This document shows, piece by piece, positions 1-9,600 of a DNA stretch of 64,000 bases (positions are counted from its first letter, which is position 1; each line of letters begins with the position of its first letter). A program made the position numbers and the translations under genes. The DNA is from a virus: positions 8,522-72,521 of IMG/VR virus record IMGVR_UViG_3300035034_001216. One strand, given 5' to 3'. The notes below the pieces were generated by a model. The model made no database searches. It was not told the DNA's origin and saw nothing but the letters and a program-made list of their open reading frames with translations.

Positions 1-1
1 T

Positions 2-304
2 GCTAACAAGCAAATATTTGCTTACTACTTAAATGGTTATATTTATATTAGAATTACTAAAGATCATACTTTAGCTAAAGCTCTTAAAGTTATAAACATA
101 CGAGGTGTATTCGAAGATCCTGAATCAGTTAATGAGTTTGACGATTGTGGTGGGTCATTATGTTATGATAGCGGTACTAAATACCCTGTAAAGAAATGGA
201 TGATTAACTCTATAATTAATCAAGTGCTTGAAGAAAGATTTGGTATTGTTGAGCGAGCTACATTAGATAATAAAAACGATGAGGGAGACACAATGGAAGT
301 ATAA
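2..304 (+). CDS. 5'-truncated crAss-like structural (tail ring-type) protein, C-terminal part
   Basis: Open frame from window start (ANKQIFAYYLNGYIYI...IRGVFEDP...MEV*). The GVFEDP motif and the position before the IHF-like and tail genes match crAss-like virion modules. Confidence 0.6.
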   Translation, partial: ANKQIFAYYLNGYIYIRITKDHTLAKALKVINIRGVFEDPESVNEFDDCGGSLCYDSGTKYPVKKWMINSIINQVLEERFGIVERATLDNKNDEGDTMEV

Positions 305-866
305 TCAGGATGTAAGTATAACAGATATATATGATTATTATTGTCATATGTATTTTAAAGAAAAGTTTATAAAAAAGAATGGTGAAGTATCTAAGAAATC
401 AATAGTACATAAAGACAGTAAGTATAATATACCTATAACTGTCTACAATACCATTTTAAAGGACTTTCACCTAATGATGTGTGAAAGTATATTAAAAGGA
501 AAAGATTTTACCTTATTCGAACGCTTAGGCATTATTGGGATAAGGAAGAATAAGATTAGTATTAAAGTTAATGAAAAAGGTGAGGTTCTAACTAATGCTG
601 CTATTGATTTTAAATCCACTCTAGAATTGTGGGATCAGAATAAAGAAGCAAAGGAAAAGAAAACATTAGTAAGACACATTAACAATCATACTCAAAAATA
701 TGTTCATAGATGGTATTGGAATAAAGGAGATGCTAATTTTAGAAATAAAACTGCATATTCATTTATACCATCAAGAGCTAATAAAAGATTACTTGCTAAG
801 ATATTAAAAGATGAAGATAGTGACGTAGATTTTTATACAAGATTTAACCGAAGAAAAAAGTTTTAA
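279..866 (+). CDS. IHF/HU-like DNA-binding protein of the crAss-like tail module
   Basis: Basic 195-aa ORF with LGIIGIRK...IDFKSTLELW...RHINNHT. Sits in the conserved slot just upstream of the tail tubular gene in crAss-like phages. Confidence 0.65.
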   Translation: MRETQWKYNQDVSITDIYDYYCHMYFKEKFIKKNGEVSKKSIVHKDSKYNIPITVYNTILKDFHLMMCESILKGKDFTLFERLGIIGIRKNKISIKVNEKGEVLTNAAIDFKSTLELWDQNKEAKEKKTLVRHINNHTQKYVHRWYWNKGDANFRNKTAYSFIPSRANKRLLAKILKDEDSDVDFYTRFNRRKKF

Positions 867-868
867 TT

Positions 869-1591
869 ATGTTAAACGGAAATTATTTATCAATGGAGTT
901 TATAGTTGAAAGGCTATTTAGAAACTCTATTATATTTCAAAAATCTAATGCTAGTGAATATGACCTTGCTGAATATATCGGTGAGGCATTGTTGCTTATA
1001 GGAGCTAAGCCTCAGTTTCAAGACAACTTCGCTAAAGTAACTATCAACTCTTATAGAGGTAAACTTCCTTGCAGTCCTACAAGTATAGAAGCAATACGTA
1101 TGTTTGATTCAGGAGAAGGTCTTAGAACCTCTACCAATGATTTCTCTGGTTCACCTAATAAGGTATCAGGTCAAGACACATATCTTGGCATACATGAGTA
1201 TACTATTAAAGGACAGATCCTTCACATAGATACATTAAAACAAGGAGAAGTTGAAGTTAAGTTTCAATCGTTAGTAACTGACGACAATGGTTATCCTATG
1301 ATTCCTGACAACGAACGTTATGCTAAAGCTATAGAAGCTTATGTTAAGTACATGGTATATAGACCTATGTGGGAGATAGGAGAGATTAGAGATAGAGTCT
1401 ATTTAGCGGCGGAACAAGATTGGTTATTCTATGTTACCTCTGCTAAAACAGGTGCTCTTATGCCTAATGTAGATGGTATGGAATCTATAAAAAATTCTAT
1501 GGTTAAACTATTAAGAGACTTTAACACAAGAAGTAATACAGGTCGTGGTGTGGGTCAATCAGAGCAACGTAAAGGATATAATATTAAGTAA
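869..1591 (+). CDS. tail tubular / ring protein (P22 gp4-like, crAss Ttub)
   Basis: 240 aa with YRGKLPC, DDNGYPMIPD and AIEAYVKY motifs. Synteny between the IHF-like gene and the tail stabilization gene. Confidence 0.7.
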   Translation: MLNGNYLSMEFIVERLFRNSIIFQKSNASEYDLAEYIGEALLLIGAKPQFQDNFAKVTINSYRGKLPCSPTSIEAIRMFDSGEGLRTSTNDFSGSPNKVSGQDTYLGIHEYTIKGQILHIDTLKQGEVEVKFQSLVTDDNGYPMIPDNERYAKAIEAYVKYMVYRPMWEIGEIRDRVYLAAEQDWLFYVTSAKTGALMPNVDGMESIKNSMVKLLRDFNTRSNTGRGVGQSEQRKGYNIK

Positions 1592-4500
1592 TGGCAAAAG
1601 ATACTCAAGTAAACACATGGGAAGGTGGAATGAATAAGGACATAGCTCCTCATAAGATGCCACCTAATACATACTTTGAACTTAGAGAAGGTAAGGTAAT
1701 TACATCTGAACAAGGTAATAGTTATGGTATATCTCCAGTCAAAGGTAATAAGAAAGTCTTTGGTATTCCGAGGATCCCAGCAACATTTATACTAGGACAA
1801 ACTGAACAAGAGTTTGCTACTGTCTCAGTAATATTTGTAGATTCAAATGGTGTTACACAATTTGTTATTGCATTTCAGTTACCAGAACAACCTTTAGAAT
1901 CATTATATTTAGCTCTACTTGAACAGACACCTATCTCAGATGGTATAGCAGATGGTTCATTAAGTATTCAATATTCTGAAGATTATAATACTATATATAT
2001 AACATTAAATAATGAAGACCCTGTCAACCAAGTTACTGTTCAAACAGGAGGTACTGTTACAGTTATAAGTCAAGAACCTCATTCACCTGAGATTATAGGT
2101 GGTGGTGATTTCAATGATGACTTTGTTATTTTTACTACATCTGAAAATACATGGGGACAAATATGGTTAGCTCTATATGATGAAACTAGTGAGACTATAA
2201 CTAATGTAGACGGTGACGGTAATTTACTATTAGATCAAAGTACTCTTAAATACAATGGTCCTTTAAACTTATCTAAAAATACTCCTATAAGAAGAGTTAA
2301 GTCTGTTATAGAAGTTCCTAATGAGTATGGCTCTATCTATTGGACTGATGCTTTAAATCCCATTAGAGTATTAAATCTTTATGATGATAAGTCTTTAAAT
2401 ATTCCTATAGGTCAGTTATCATTACAGACTAGTACTACTTTTGGTAATCTACAGATTAATAAAATATTATCTACTGGAACTTTACCATCAGGATCTACTG
2501 TACAATTTACTTATAGACTTGTATCAGAATCAGGAGCGAAAACTCAATACGCACCTTTAACAGGATTAGTTCCTTTAACTGATAGTAATTCTTATCAAAT
2601 TGGTGATGAATACGAAGGTACAACTCAAGATGAAAATACTCTTGTTAATAAATCAGTAAGTCTTGATATATCTAATCTTGACACTAGTTATTCAAGAATA
2701 GATATAGCAGCAGTAGTATATAGATTCCAAGGTATACCTGAAGTATTTTTAGATGTAGATATAGCTATTCCTGGTAATAGTAATATTAATTATACATTTA
2801 CAGGAAACAACAGTTCTAATATAGATGTATTAGAACTTAATAATAGTTCAGCTCAAATAGTATCTGCAAATGATTTGGCAGTTAAAGATAATAGATTAAT
2901 AGCATTTGGTATTAAAACAAGACCTGATGATTTAGATTTTGAAACTAGAGCTTTATCTTTCAGAAGAGCTACTACTGGTGAATTTACTAATGAATGGGTT
3001 AGTAGTGTATACAATAATATATCACAAGAAGGTATAGGTACATTTGATTATACTTCATTAAACAATGGTACATTAGATATGCCATCAGAAACTTCGGATT
3101 GTATTAATCCATCATGGATTACTAAAAAAGATAATCTAATAGGAGGCTTTAATGATGAAGGTACTGTTAACTTTTCTGATGAAGGTATACAATGCTTTAA
3201 TCCATTTAATTCTGTTCAAGGAGGATGGGGACCTAATATAAGCTTCAATTTAATAGGTGCAGAATTAATAGCATTCCCTACTCTTAATAGTTTTAATAAT
3301 AATCCTGGAACTTTTAATGGAGAATTAGAATTGCATGAAAATGAAATTGTTAATTTTTCAGGGGAAATAGCTAATTTTAAATCACCAAAAGTATCTGCAT
3401 ATCTTAAAGGATATAAGCGTGGGGAAACTTATAGATTTGGTATTAAATTTTTTGATAAATATGGAGTACCATATCCTGTTAAATGGATATGTGATTATAG
3501 ATTTCCAGATCAATTTAATAGGGGTGATTTAGACGAAGTACAATTTAGAACTAGACTTTTATATAGTCCTGGAAATGAAACGGTAGTAACACCAAATACA
3601 TTTGATATTACAAATAATGATTTTTCTAACCAAAAATCTAATTTAGAATCATTTGGTATTAAATTTGAAATAAACAATTTAGATCAAATACGAGATAAAA
3701 TTTCAGGCTTTACAATAGTTAGAGCCGAGAGGGATATTAATGATAGATCAATATTAGCAAGTGGGTTATTAAACCCTTCTGTAGAAAGAGATGGATTTAA
3801 TGGTGATAAGGATATAATAGTACCTACCAGTCCTGACTTAACAACTTTATATGCAATGGATGGAGGAGGAAGTGATCCTATTACTATTAATAAAAGAAAT
3901 CTTAATTTCACAACACCATTATCTCATAATTTAAATGAAGATATTAATTATTCTGAAGGTGATTATCTAGTAGTTACCAATCGTATTAGTTCGTTATTAA
4001 CGGCTTCAGATGATACAGATGGCTTTACATTACAGACAAGTACGTTATATGGATTTTCTACTAATAGTATATCTGCATATCAAATATTACCTTTAAGAAA
4101 ATCTAGATTCAAATCATTTGATGATGTTTCTACTTTTAATCCTAATACATCCTCTCCTAGTAATCATATAATATTTCCTAATAAAAATGAATTACCATTA
4201 CCACAAACAACTAGTGGTTCAGGTAACGTAGGGTATGTAGCCAATATTTTAGGATATGGAATGACAGCTGCTGATGAAGTTTTCAGAGTTACTTATAATT
4301 CAACTACAAATAAACATTGGTTAAATATTGATGATGATGAAGATGGTTTAGTAGTATCTAATGAACTTAACGCTGATAGAGGTTTATATTTCGCAGAATA
4401 TTGCAGAGATATATACGATACCCAATATGGGGGGTACACTTATCAATCTAGACAAAACAATACTTCTTACATAGATTGTAGTTCTTTTGTAAATGCAAAT

Positions 4501-5922
4501 AAAGATCAAGTTGAAGTTAAAGTATTTGGAGGGGATACAACAGTACATGCATGGGATGTTTATTGGGGTGCTTTCAATTATATTAAATTTGACGCAAGTC
4601 AAGAAGTATGTCATGGCGTAAAACTCATATTACCAATAGAGTCTTCTTACAACTTAGAATATAGATCTGAAGCAAGAGCTATTTATGATTATGACGATCA
4701 TAGAAATGCTCAAAATAATCCCTATGGATTGGGAAGAGGTATTGATCCTATAAAGTTTTCCCTGATAGAAGATTATAATTACAATAACGCATATGCTCAA
4801 TCTAATATAATTAATCAATCAATTGCTAAAAGCACTATTAGTAAAACAACTAATAATCTTCCATCTTCTATATGGGCATCAGAACCTAAAATACTAGGAG
4901 AAGTAGTAGACTCATGGAGAACTTTCTTACCTAATAACTTATATGATCTAGATGCTATTTACGGCCCTATTAACAGAGCTGAAATACTTCAGAATAACAT
5001 TATAACTATACAGGATGAAGCTGTGGCTATAGTACCTATAAATGAACGTGTGATGATTAATGATGAAACTTCTACAGCACTTACATTAGGTACAGGAGAT
5101 GTTATAGGGAGACATAATTATATAACTACTACATCAGGATCTAAACAGCCATTTTCAGTTGTACAATCTGATCGTGGTATATATTATTTTGATACTCGTA
5201 ATAAAAAACTTAATAGAATTAATCAGGGTAAAGAACCGTTGTCTGTATTCAAAGGCATGGACTCATACTTTAGAGATGCTGTATCTGATTCTTTAATTAT
5301 AAACGAATTCAATCCTCTCAATAATATAGGTATCGTTTCTGAAATAGATAGGGAAACTGATAGAGTACATATTTCATTGCTTGGAATTAATAAGGAGGAA
5401 GTATTATTAAACGGTGAGACAGTAGTCTTTAATGAAAGGTCTGATACGTTTGAGTATCTATCTAAACATGCTCCTAGATTAATTCTCTCCAATAGTTCTA
5501 TATTGATTAGCCCTGATCCTTCAGATTTATCACAAGGATACCTTGAAAATAAAGGTGCTTATTCTCAGTACTATGAGAATGTTGATTTAGATAATCCTTA
5601 TAAGACAGAGATGTATTTTTACATTAACAAAAATGCTCCTTTGTCTAAAACATTTAATAATATTCAATACCACTTAGAAGGTAATGATAATATTACAAGA
5701 ATTAATGTAAATACTATTGATCAAAGTTCTGATAATAATGTTGATATAAGAAAAAGATTTAGAATATATAGACATACTATTGGTAGAAACCAAGGAACTA
5801 AAGAACGTATGATGGGTCCGTGGGCCTTGGTACGACTACAAGCTGATAATACTTTTAGAGAATATTTTCTACTCCATGATGTAGTTTCTTACTTCGATAT
5901 TTACAATCTTGGAGCACAATAA
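1591..5922 (+). CDS. tail stabilization / muzzle protein (P22 gp10-like, crAss Tstab)
   Basis: 1443 aa, beta-rich. Motifs NTWEGGMNKD, IYWTDALNPIR, GYKRGETYRFGI.F, DSWRTF and IYYFD are typical of this family. Confidence 0.75.
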   Translation: MAKDTQVNTWEGGMNKDIAPHKMPPNTYFELREGKVITSEQGNSYGISPVKGNKKVFGIPRIPATFILGQTEQEFATVSVIFVDSNGVTQFVIAFQLPEQPLESLYLALLEQTPISDGIADGSLSIQYSEDYNTIYITLNNEDPVNQVTVQTGGTVTVISQEPHSPEIIGGGDFNDDFVIFTTSENTWGQIWLALYDETSETITNVDGDGNLLLDQSTLKYNGPLNLSKNTPIRRVKSVIEVPNEYGSIYWTDALNPIRVLNLYDDKSLNIPIGQLSLQTSTTFGNLQINKILSTGTLPSGSTVQFTYRLVSESGAKTQYAPLTGLVPLTDSNSYQIGDEYEGTTQDENTLVNKSVSLDISNLDTSYSRIDIAAVVYRFQGIPEVFLDVDIAIPGNSNINYTFTGNNSSNIDVLELNNSSAQIVSANDLAVKDNRLIAFGIKTRPDDLDFETRALSFRRATTGEFTNEWVSSVYNNISQEGIGTFDYTSLNNGTLDMPSETSDCINPSWITKKDNLIGGFNDEGTVNFSDEGIQCFNPFNSVQGGWGPNISFNLIGAELIAFPTLNSFNNNPGTFNGELELHENEIVNFSGEIANFKSPKVSAYLKGYKRGETYRFGIKFFDKYGVPYPVKWICDYRFPDQFNRGDLDEVQFRTRLLYSPGNETVVTPNTFDITNNDFSNQKSNLESFGIKFEINNLDQIRDKISGFTIVRAERDINDRSILASGLLNPSVERDGFNGDKDIIVPTSPDLTTLYAMDGGGSDPITINKRNLNFTTPLSHNLNEDINYSEGDYLVVTNRISSLLTASDDTDGFTLQTSTLYGFSTNSISAYQILPLRKSRFKSFDDVSTFNPNTSSPSNHIIFPNKNELPLPQTTSGSGNVGYVANILGYGMTAADEVFRVTYNSTTNKHWLNIDDDEDGLVVSNELNADRGLYFAEYCRDIYDTQYGGYTYQSRQNNTSYIDCSSFVNANKDQVEVKVFGGDTTVHAWDVYWGAFNYIKFDASQEVCHGVKLILPIESSYNLEYRSEARAIYDYDDHRNAQNNPYGLGRGIDPIKFSLIEDYNYNNAYAQSNIINQSIAKSTISKTTNNLPSSIWASEPKILGEVVDSWRTFLPNNLYDLDAIYGPINRAEILQNNIITIQDEAVAIVPINERVMINDETSTALTLGTGDVIGRHNYITTTSGSKQPFSVVQSDRGIYYFDTRNKKLNRINQGKEPLSVFKGMDSYFRDAVSDSLIINEFNPLNNIGIVSEIDRETDRVHISLLGINKEEVLLNGETVVFNERSDTFEYLSKHAPRLILSNSSILISPDPSDLSQGYLENKGAYSQYYENVDLDNPYKTEMYFYINKNAPLSKTFNNIQYHLEGNDNITRINVNTIDQSSDNNVDIRKRFRIYRHTIGRNQGTKERMMGPWALVRLQADNTFREYFLLHDVVSYFDIYNLGAQ

Positions 5923-5944
5923 CTTTAAAGTTTATATTAAAATA

Positions 5945-5977
5945 TTTGGAAATATAAAAAATAATTTGTTAATTTAA
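5945..5977 (+). promoter_or_regulatory. possible Bacteroidota-type promoter upstream of the cargo genes
   Basis: The only sizeable intergenic gap in the + block. TTTG followed by TAATTTG/TTAATTTA resembles the -33 TTTG / -7 TAnnTTTG consensus, but the match is imperfect. Confidence 0.3.
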
Positions 5978-5990
5978 TAAAATACTAACT

Positions 5991-7199
5991 ATGCCTAATC
6001 CTAATGACCCTAGAACATATAGAACAACTAACCAACAATCTCCTATATTAAGTAATAATTTATTTGGTGGAACTCAAATGGGTTTCGGTCAAGATTCCGG
6101 TGGCCTTAAAAATGCATTAATGCAAGGAGGCGGTGTAGGTGATGGAAGTTTTATGTTTGGTCAACCACCCAAAAACGTACAAGGAATAATACCCCCTCTT
6201 AATCCATTTTCATCTGGTACTAATAAGATGATGTATAACAAAGCAATACTTGGTGACGGTGTTACTATGGATGAAGCTAGAGAAGGTGCTATGAAAAGCA
6301 TGGACTTTGGTGTTTCTCAACAAGCTAACCCCAATCCTCAAATGGGAGATCTAAGTTCTCTCATGGGAGGTGGCGGTCCTGAGAATGTATTTTCAGATTC
6401 TCAGTTTGGAAGTTTTATGAATGATAGAAAATTTGGTGATAAGTCTGAACAAATCTTTGGTCCTAATTCTATGGGTAAATTTGGTAATGATGGTAATCCT
6501 ATACTTGCTAATGAATACAACATGCCTCCTACCGGTGATCCTAAAGGAGGACAAGTGGAAGCACCTAAACCATCACCATTAGGTATGTTACCAGCAGTTG
6601 GTAATGCTATATCATTAGCTCAAGGATTAATAGAAGGTCCTCAAAAGACTCAACTAGATAGAGTTGATTTTGAAAACGTAGATTACAATCCTATAATGGC
6701 TGCTAACAATTCTGCTATTCAACGTGGAACTAATACTACTAATAAAAACATACGTGGTAATGCAAGGACATTTGGTCAGTTAAGTGGTGGTATGTCTGCT
6801 GCCAATCTTAGAGGCTCTCAAGCACAAGGAGAGAATAATGCTAGACTAGGAGCAATGCAGCGTAATACCAATGCTGAAATTAACAATCAAGAGAGTCAAA
6901 TTAATACAGGCCTTGCTAATCAAGAGACTATGATTAATGAGCAAAACCAAGCTGTTCATCAGAATAGAATGATTGGTGATGTAATAGGTATAGGAACTAG
7001 TATTGCAGGATTTGGTGCTGATAAAGCAATGATGGCAGCCGACTTTGCTAAAAATAATAACTTTTTAGAAGCGCAGAAATATATGTCTCCTATGTTTGCT
7101 GCAATGTTTGACGGAAAGAATTTAGGTATGGATACTACATACGCACAAGGTAAGGGTAAACCAATGTATGACCCCTACACAGGTAAAAAAATAAATTAA
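5991..7199 (+). CDS. putative virion cargo/ejection protein, low complexity (G/M/N/Q-rich)
   Basis: 402-aa ORF with a disordered N-terminus and a Q/N-rich helical C-terminus. Lies between the muzzle gene and the giant cargo genes. Confidence 0.55.
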   Translation: MPNPNDPRTYRTTNQQSPILSNNLFGGTQMGFGQDSGGLKNALMQGGGVGDGSFMFGQPPKNVQGIIPPLNPFSSGTNKMMYNKAILGDGVTMDEAREGAMKSMDFGVSQQANPNPQMGDLSSLMGGGGPENVFSDSQFGSFMNDRKFGDKSEQIFGPNSMGKFGNDGNPILANEYNMPPTGDPKGGQVEAPKPSPLGMLPAVGNAISLAQGLIEGPQKTQLDRVDFENVDYNPIMAANNSAIQRGTNTTNKNIRGNARTFGQLSGGMSAANLRGSQAQGENNARLGAMQRNTNAEINNQESQINTGLANQETMINEQNQAVHQNRMIGDVIGIGTSIAGFGADKAMMAADFAKNNNFLEAQKYMSPMFAAMFDGKNLGMDTTYAQGKGKPMYDPYTGKKIN

Positions 7200-7200
7200 G

Positions 7201-9600
7201 ATGGCTAAAGTAAATAGATATTTTCAACAAGCACAAGCTCCGTATATTTCACAGTATGCGGATTACAAGCTTCCATACGAAGCAGTACAGAATGCTGTCA
7301 TGCAACGTCAAGGAACGTTTGATAAGAATCAGGCTATGCTTGCTAATGCTGCTAATAAGTATGGACAGATTGCATCAAGAGGAGTGGACGCTGAAGGTAA
7401 AGCTAACGCAATAGATAAGTACTTAGGTGACGTAAACGAAACTGTTAATAACAAATACAACGGTGACTTCTCATTAGCTGCTGGCGATATCTTTGATAAG
7501 ACTGCTAGGTTTACTGCTGATCCTATGTGGGATAAAATGAGAAGTTCATTGGAAGATGAAAAGGCTTATAAAGCAATGCAAGATCAAGCTAAACTAAACG
7601 GCATAAGTGTATATGAAACATCTAATTTCTCAGGAGAAAAATCTATATTCGCAGAGGATGGTGGATATAATGATGTCAATTATGATTATATACCTGACAG
7701 TCCTGAAAGATATCAAGGTATATTAAAAGAATTCTTTAACGATTTTGATTCTAGTAAAACAACAGGGCTAAATGTTGATGCTTTAAATGAAGCCGCTAAA
7801 GGTGGTGAGAATGCATTTGTAGGATATTTAGATAGGGAATATAAAAAGTTTAATGATCCATACTTAAAAGGTGTTATGGAACAATACAAAAACTTAAACC
7901 CTCAAAAATATCAAATATACAAAGATCAAGATGCTCGTAATGGAACAAATTTAGCAGATGGAAAAGCAATTAGTGATATTTTAAGTGCGTCTAAAGAATT
8001 TGAATTTAATAGAATGACTGGTAAAGCTTTGCAAAATCCTACTGAACCGGAAGATACATTGAAGGACGACTTACCCCCTTTAGTTGAAATAGTTCCTATT
8101 GATTCAAATACTTCTACTATAATAGGACCTTCTAAAGAAAGTCAAGACGGTCATATAGATGAGCTATCAGAATGGAACGAAGGTAGAGATGCATCTATTA
8201 CTGCGAACGATAGTATAACTACTGCTGTATATGACGAGATTGATAACTTGGCAGCAAGTGCTCTTGAAGCAGAAGCAGTTCCCGGTCAACCTCATGTTAC
8301 AACTCATAACAAAAACTTTCAAAATGCATTAGTAGAAGAAGCCGAAGTTATTGTAGATGGTTTAATGCGTAGTTTAGAAACTAGACTAGAGTTTAAAGAT
8401 AAAAAAGGTAGAGATCTTGCTAGAGAGTTTATATTAAAAAGTTTAAATCCAAATAATGAAACAGATAAAGGATTTTGGACAGATGTTCAGCGAGACTTGG
8501 GAACGGCTTTTGACTTTGCAGTAGGTCCCACTGATATGCACAGGATTACAACCTTAGTTCAAAACGCAGCTGAAACTCAACAAGATAGGTTAAAAAAGTT
8601 AAAGGGTTATAATGGCAGTAAAGATGTTTATAAGAATTTAACAATGGCGTTAAATAGAATGACGGAAAACCCGGAACTGATAGGTGCTGAAAAATTGGAT
8701 TTGGGATTTGATCCATATGAAAGACCTATTGGTAAAAACCATGATATGGAACCCCAAACATATGAAGCTATAGAAAGACTAGATGATTATAGAAAAAATT
8801 ATCAAAATTATTATTTACCTGAGCTTCAAAAGAAAAGGAATGATATGAATAAAACAACAAGGCAAACAATAGTGCCTTCTTCATTATCTCCTGATTTCCA
8901 AAACACATTAAAACGTAGTGTTGCTTTATCTAATGCACGAGTATATGATTTCTTAAAAGATTCTGAGTTGTTTAGTAGAATTGATGATGACGGCAAGAAT
9001 GCTATTAGAAATAAGTATGATAAGAACAATATGACAATGGGTAATATTTTTGAATTTGGAACTATAGATCAAAATTATGGTACTGGTAATTATGAATTAT
9101 ACTTACCTATTCCCACTAAAGCAGACGGTACAAAACTTGCTGATATAGATGAGTTAGATGCTTATGATGGAAAAATTAGACTTATTCCTAATAAAGAGTT
9201 ACAAGGAAAGTTAAGGGAAGTCTTCGATGCAAATGGCGATAAATTTCAAAGGTATGATATTTCCGTAGCTAATAGAAAACGAATGGCAGCTTTACTACCA
9301 GAGGGTTCTGATTTAACAGTAGGTACTTACATGAGAGATGATGAGGGTGTAGACGCATTTGGCGGTAACAGAGTTTTAACTGTAAATAAACCTGATGGAG
9401 AACCTCTTACCTTTGAAGATGTAAATAATTTTGCATACCAACAAATAAGTCTTGGTGGAGAAATGAATCCTGATGTTGAAAGATTGCTTAAAAAAGCTAT
9501 TGATAGATTTGGTAAAGAAGAACTAAAAAATATACCTATAACTCCTGAATTGGTTGGAAGAATTAAACCATTATTAGACTACGCATATGGGAAATATTAA
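7201..9600 (+). CDS. putative virion cargo/ejection protein
   Basis: 799 aa with an N-terminal NRYFQ..QAPYISQY...LPYE segment, resembling the starts of crAss-like cargo proteins. Supported by synteny. Confidence 0.55.
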   Translation: MAKVNRYFQQAQAPYISQYADYKLPYEAVQNAVMQRQGTFDKNQAMLANAANKYGQIASRGVDAEGKANAIDKYLGDVNETVNNKYNGDFSLAAGDIFDKTARFTADPMWDKMRSSLEDEKAYKAMQDQAKLNGISVYETSNFSGEKSIFAEDGGYNDVNYDYIPDSPERYQGILKEFFNDFDSSKTTGLNVDALNEAAKGGENAFVGYLDREYKKFNDPYLKGVMEQYKNLNPQKYQIYKDQDARNGTNLADGKAISDILSASKEFEFNRMTGKALQNPTEPEDTLKDDLPPLVEIVPIDSNTSTIIGPSKESQDGHIDELSEWNEGRDASITANDSITTAVYDEIDNLAASALEAEAVPGQPHVTTHNKNFQNALVEEAEVIVDGLMRSLETRLEFKDKKGRDLAREFILKSLNPNNETDKGFWTDVQRDLGTAFDFAVGPTDMHRITTLVQNAAETQQDRLKKLKGYNGSKDVYKNLTMALNRMTENPELIGAEKLDLGFDPYERPIGKNHDMEPQTYEAIERLDDYRKNYQNYYLPELQKKRNDMNKTTRQTIVPSSLSPDFQNTLKRSVALSNARVYDFLKDSELFSRIDDDGKNAIRNKYDKNNMTMGNIFEFGTIDQNYGTGNYELYLPIPTKADGTKLADIDELDAYDGKIRLIPNKELQGKLREVFDANGDKFQRYDISVANRKRMAALLPEGSDLTVGTYMRDDEGVDAFGGNRVLTVNKPDGEPLTFEDVNNFAYQQISLGGEMNPDVERLLKKAIDRFGKEELKNIPITPELVGRIKPLLDYAYGKY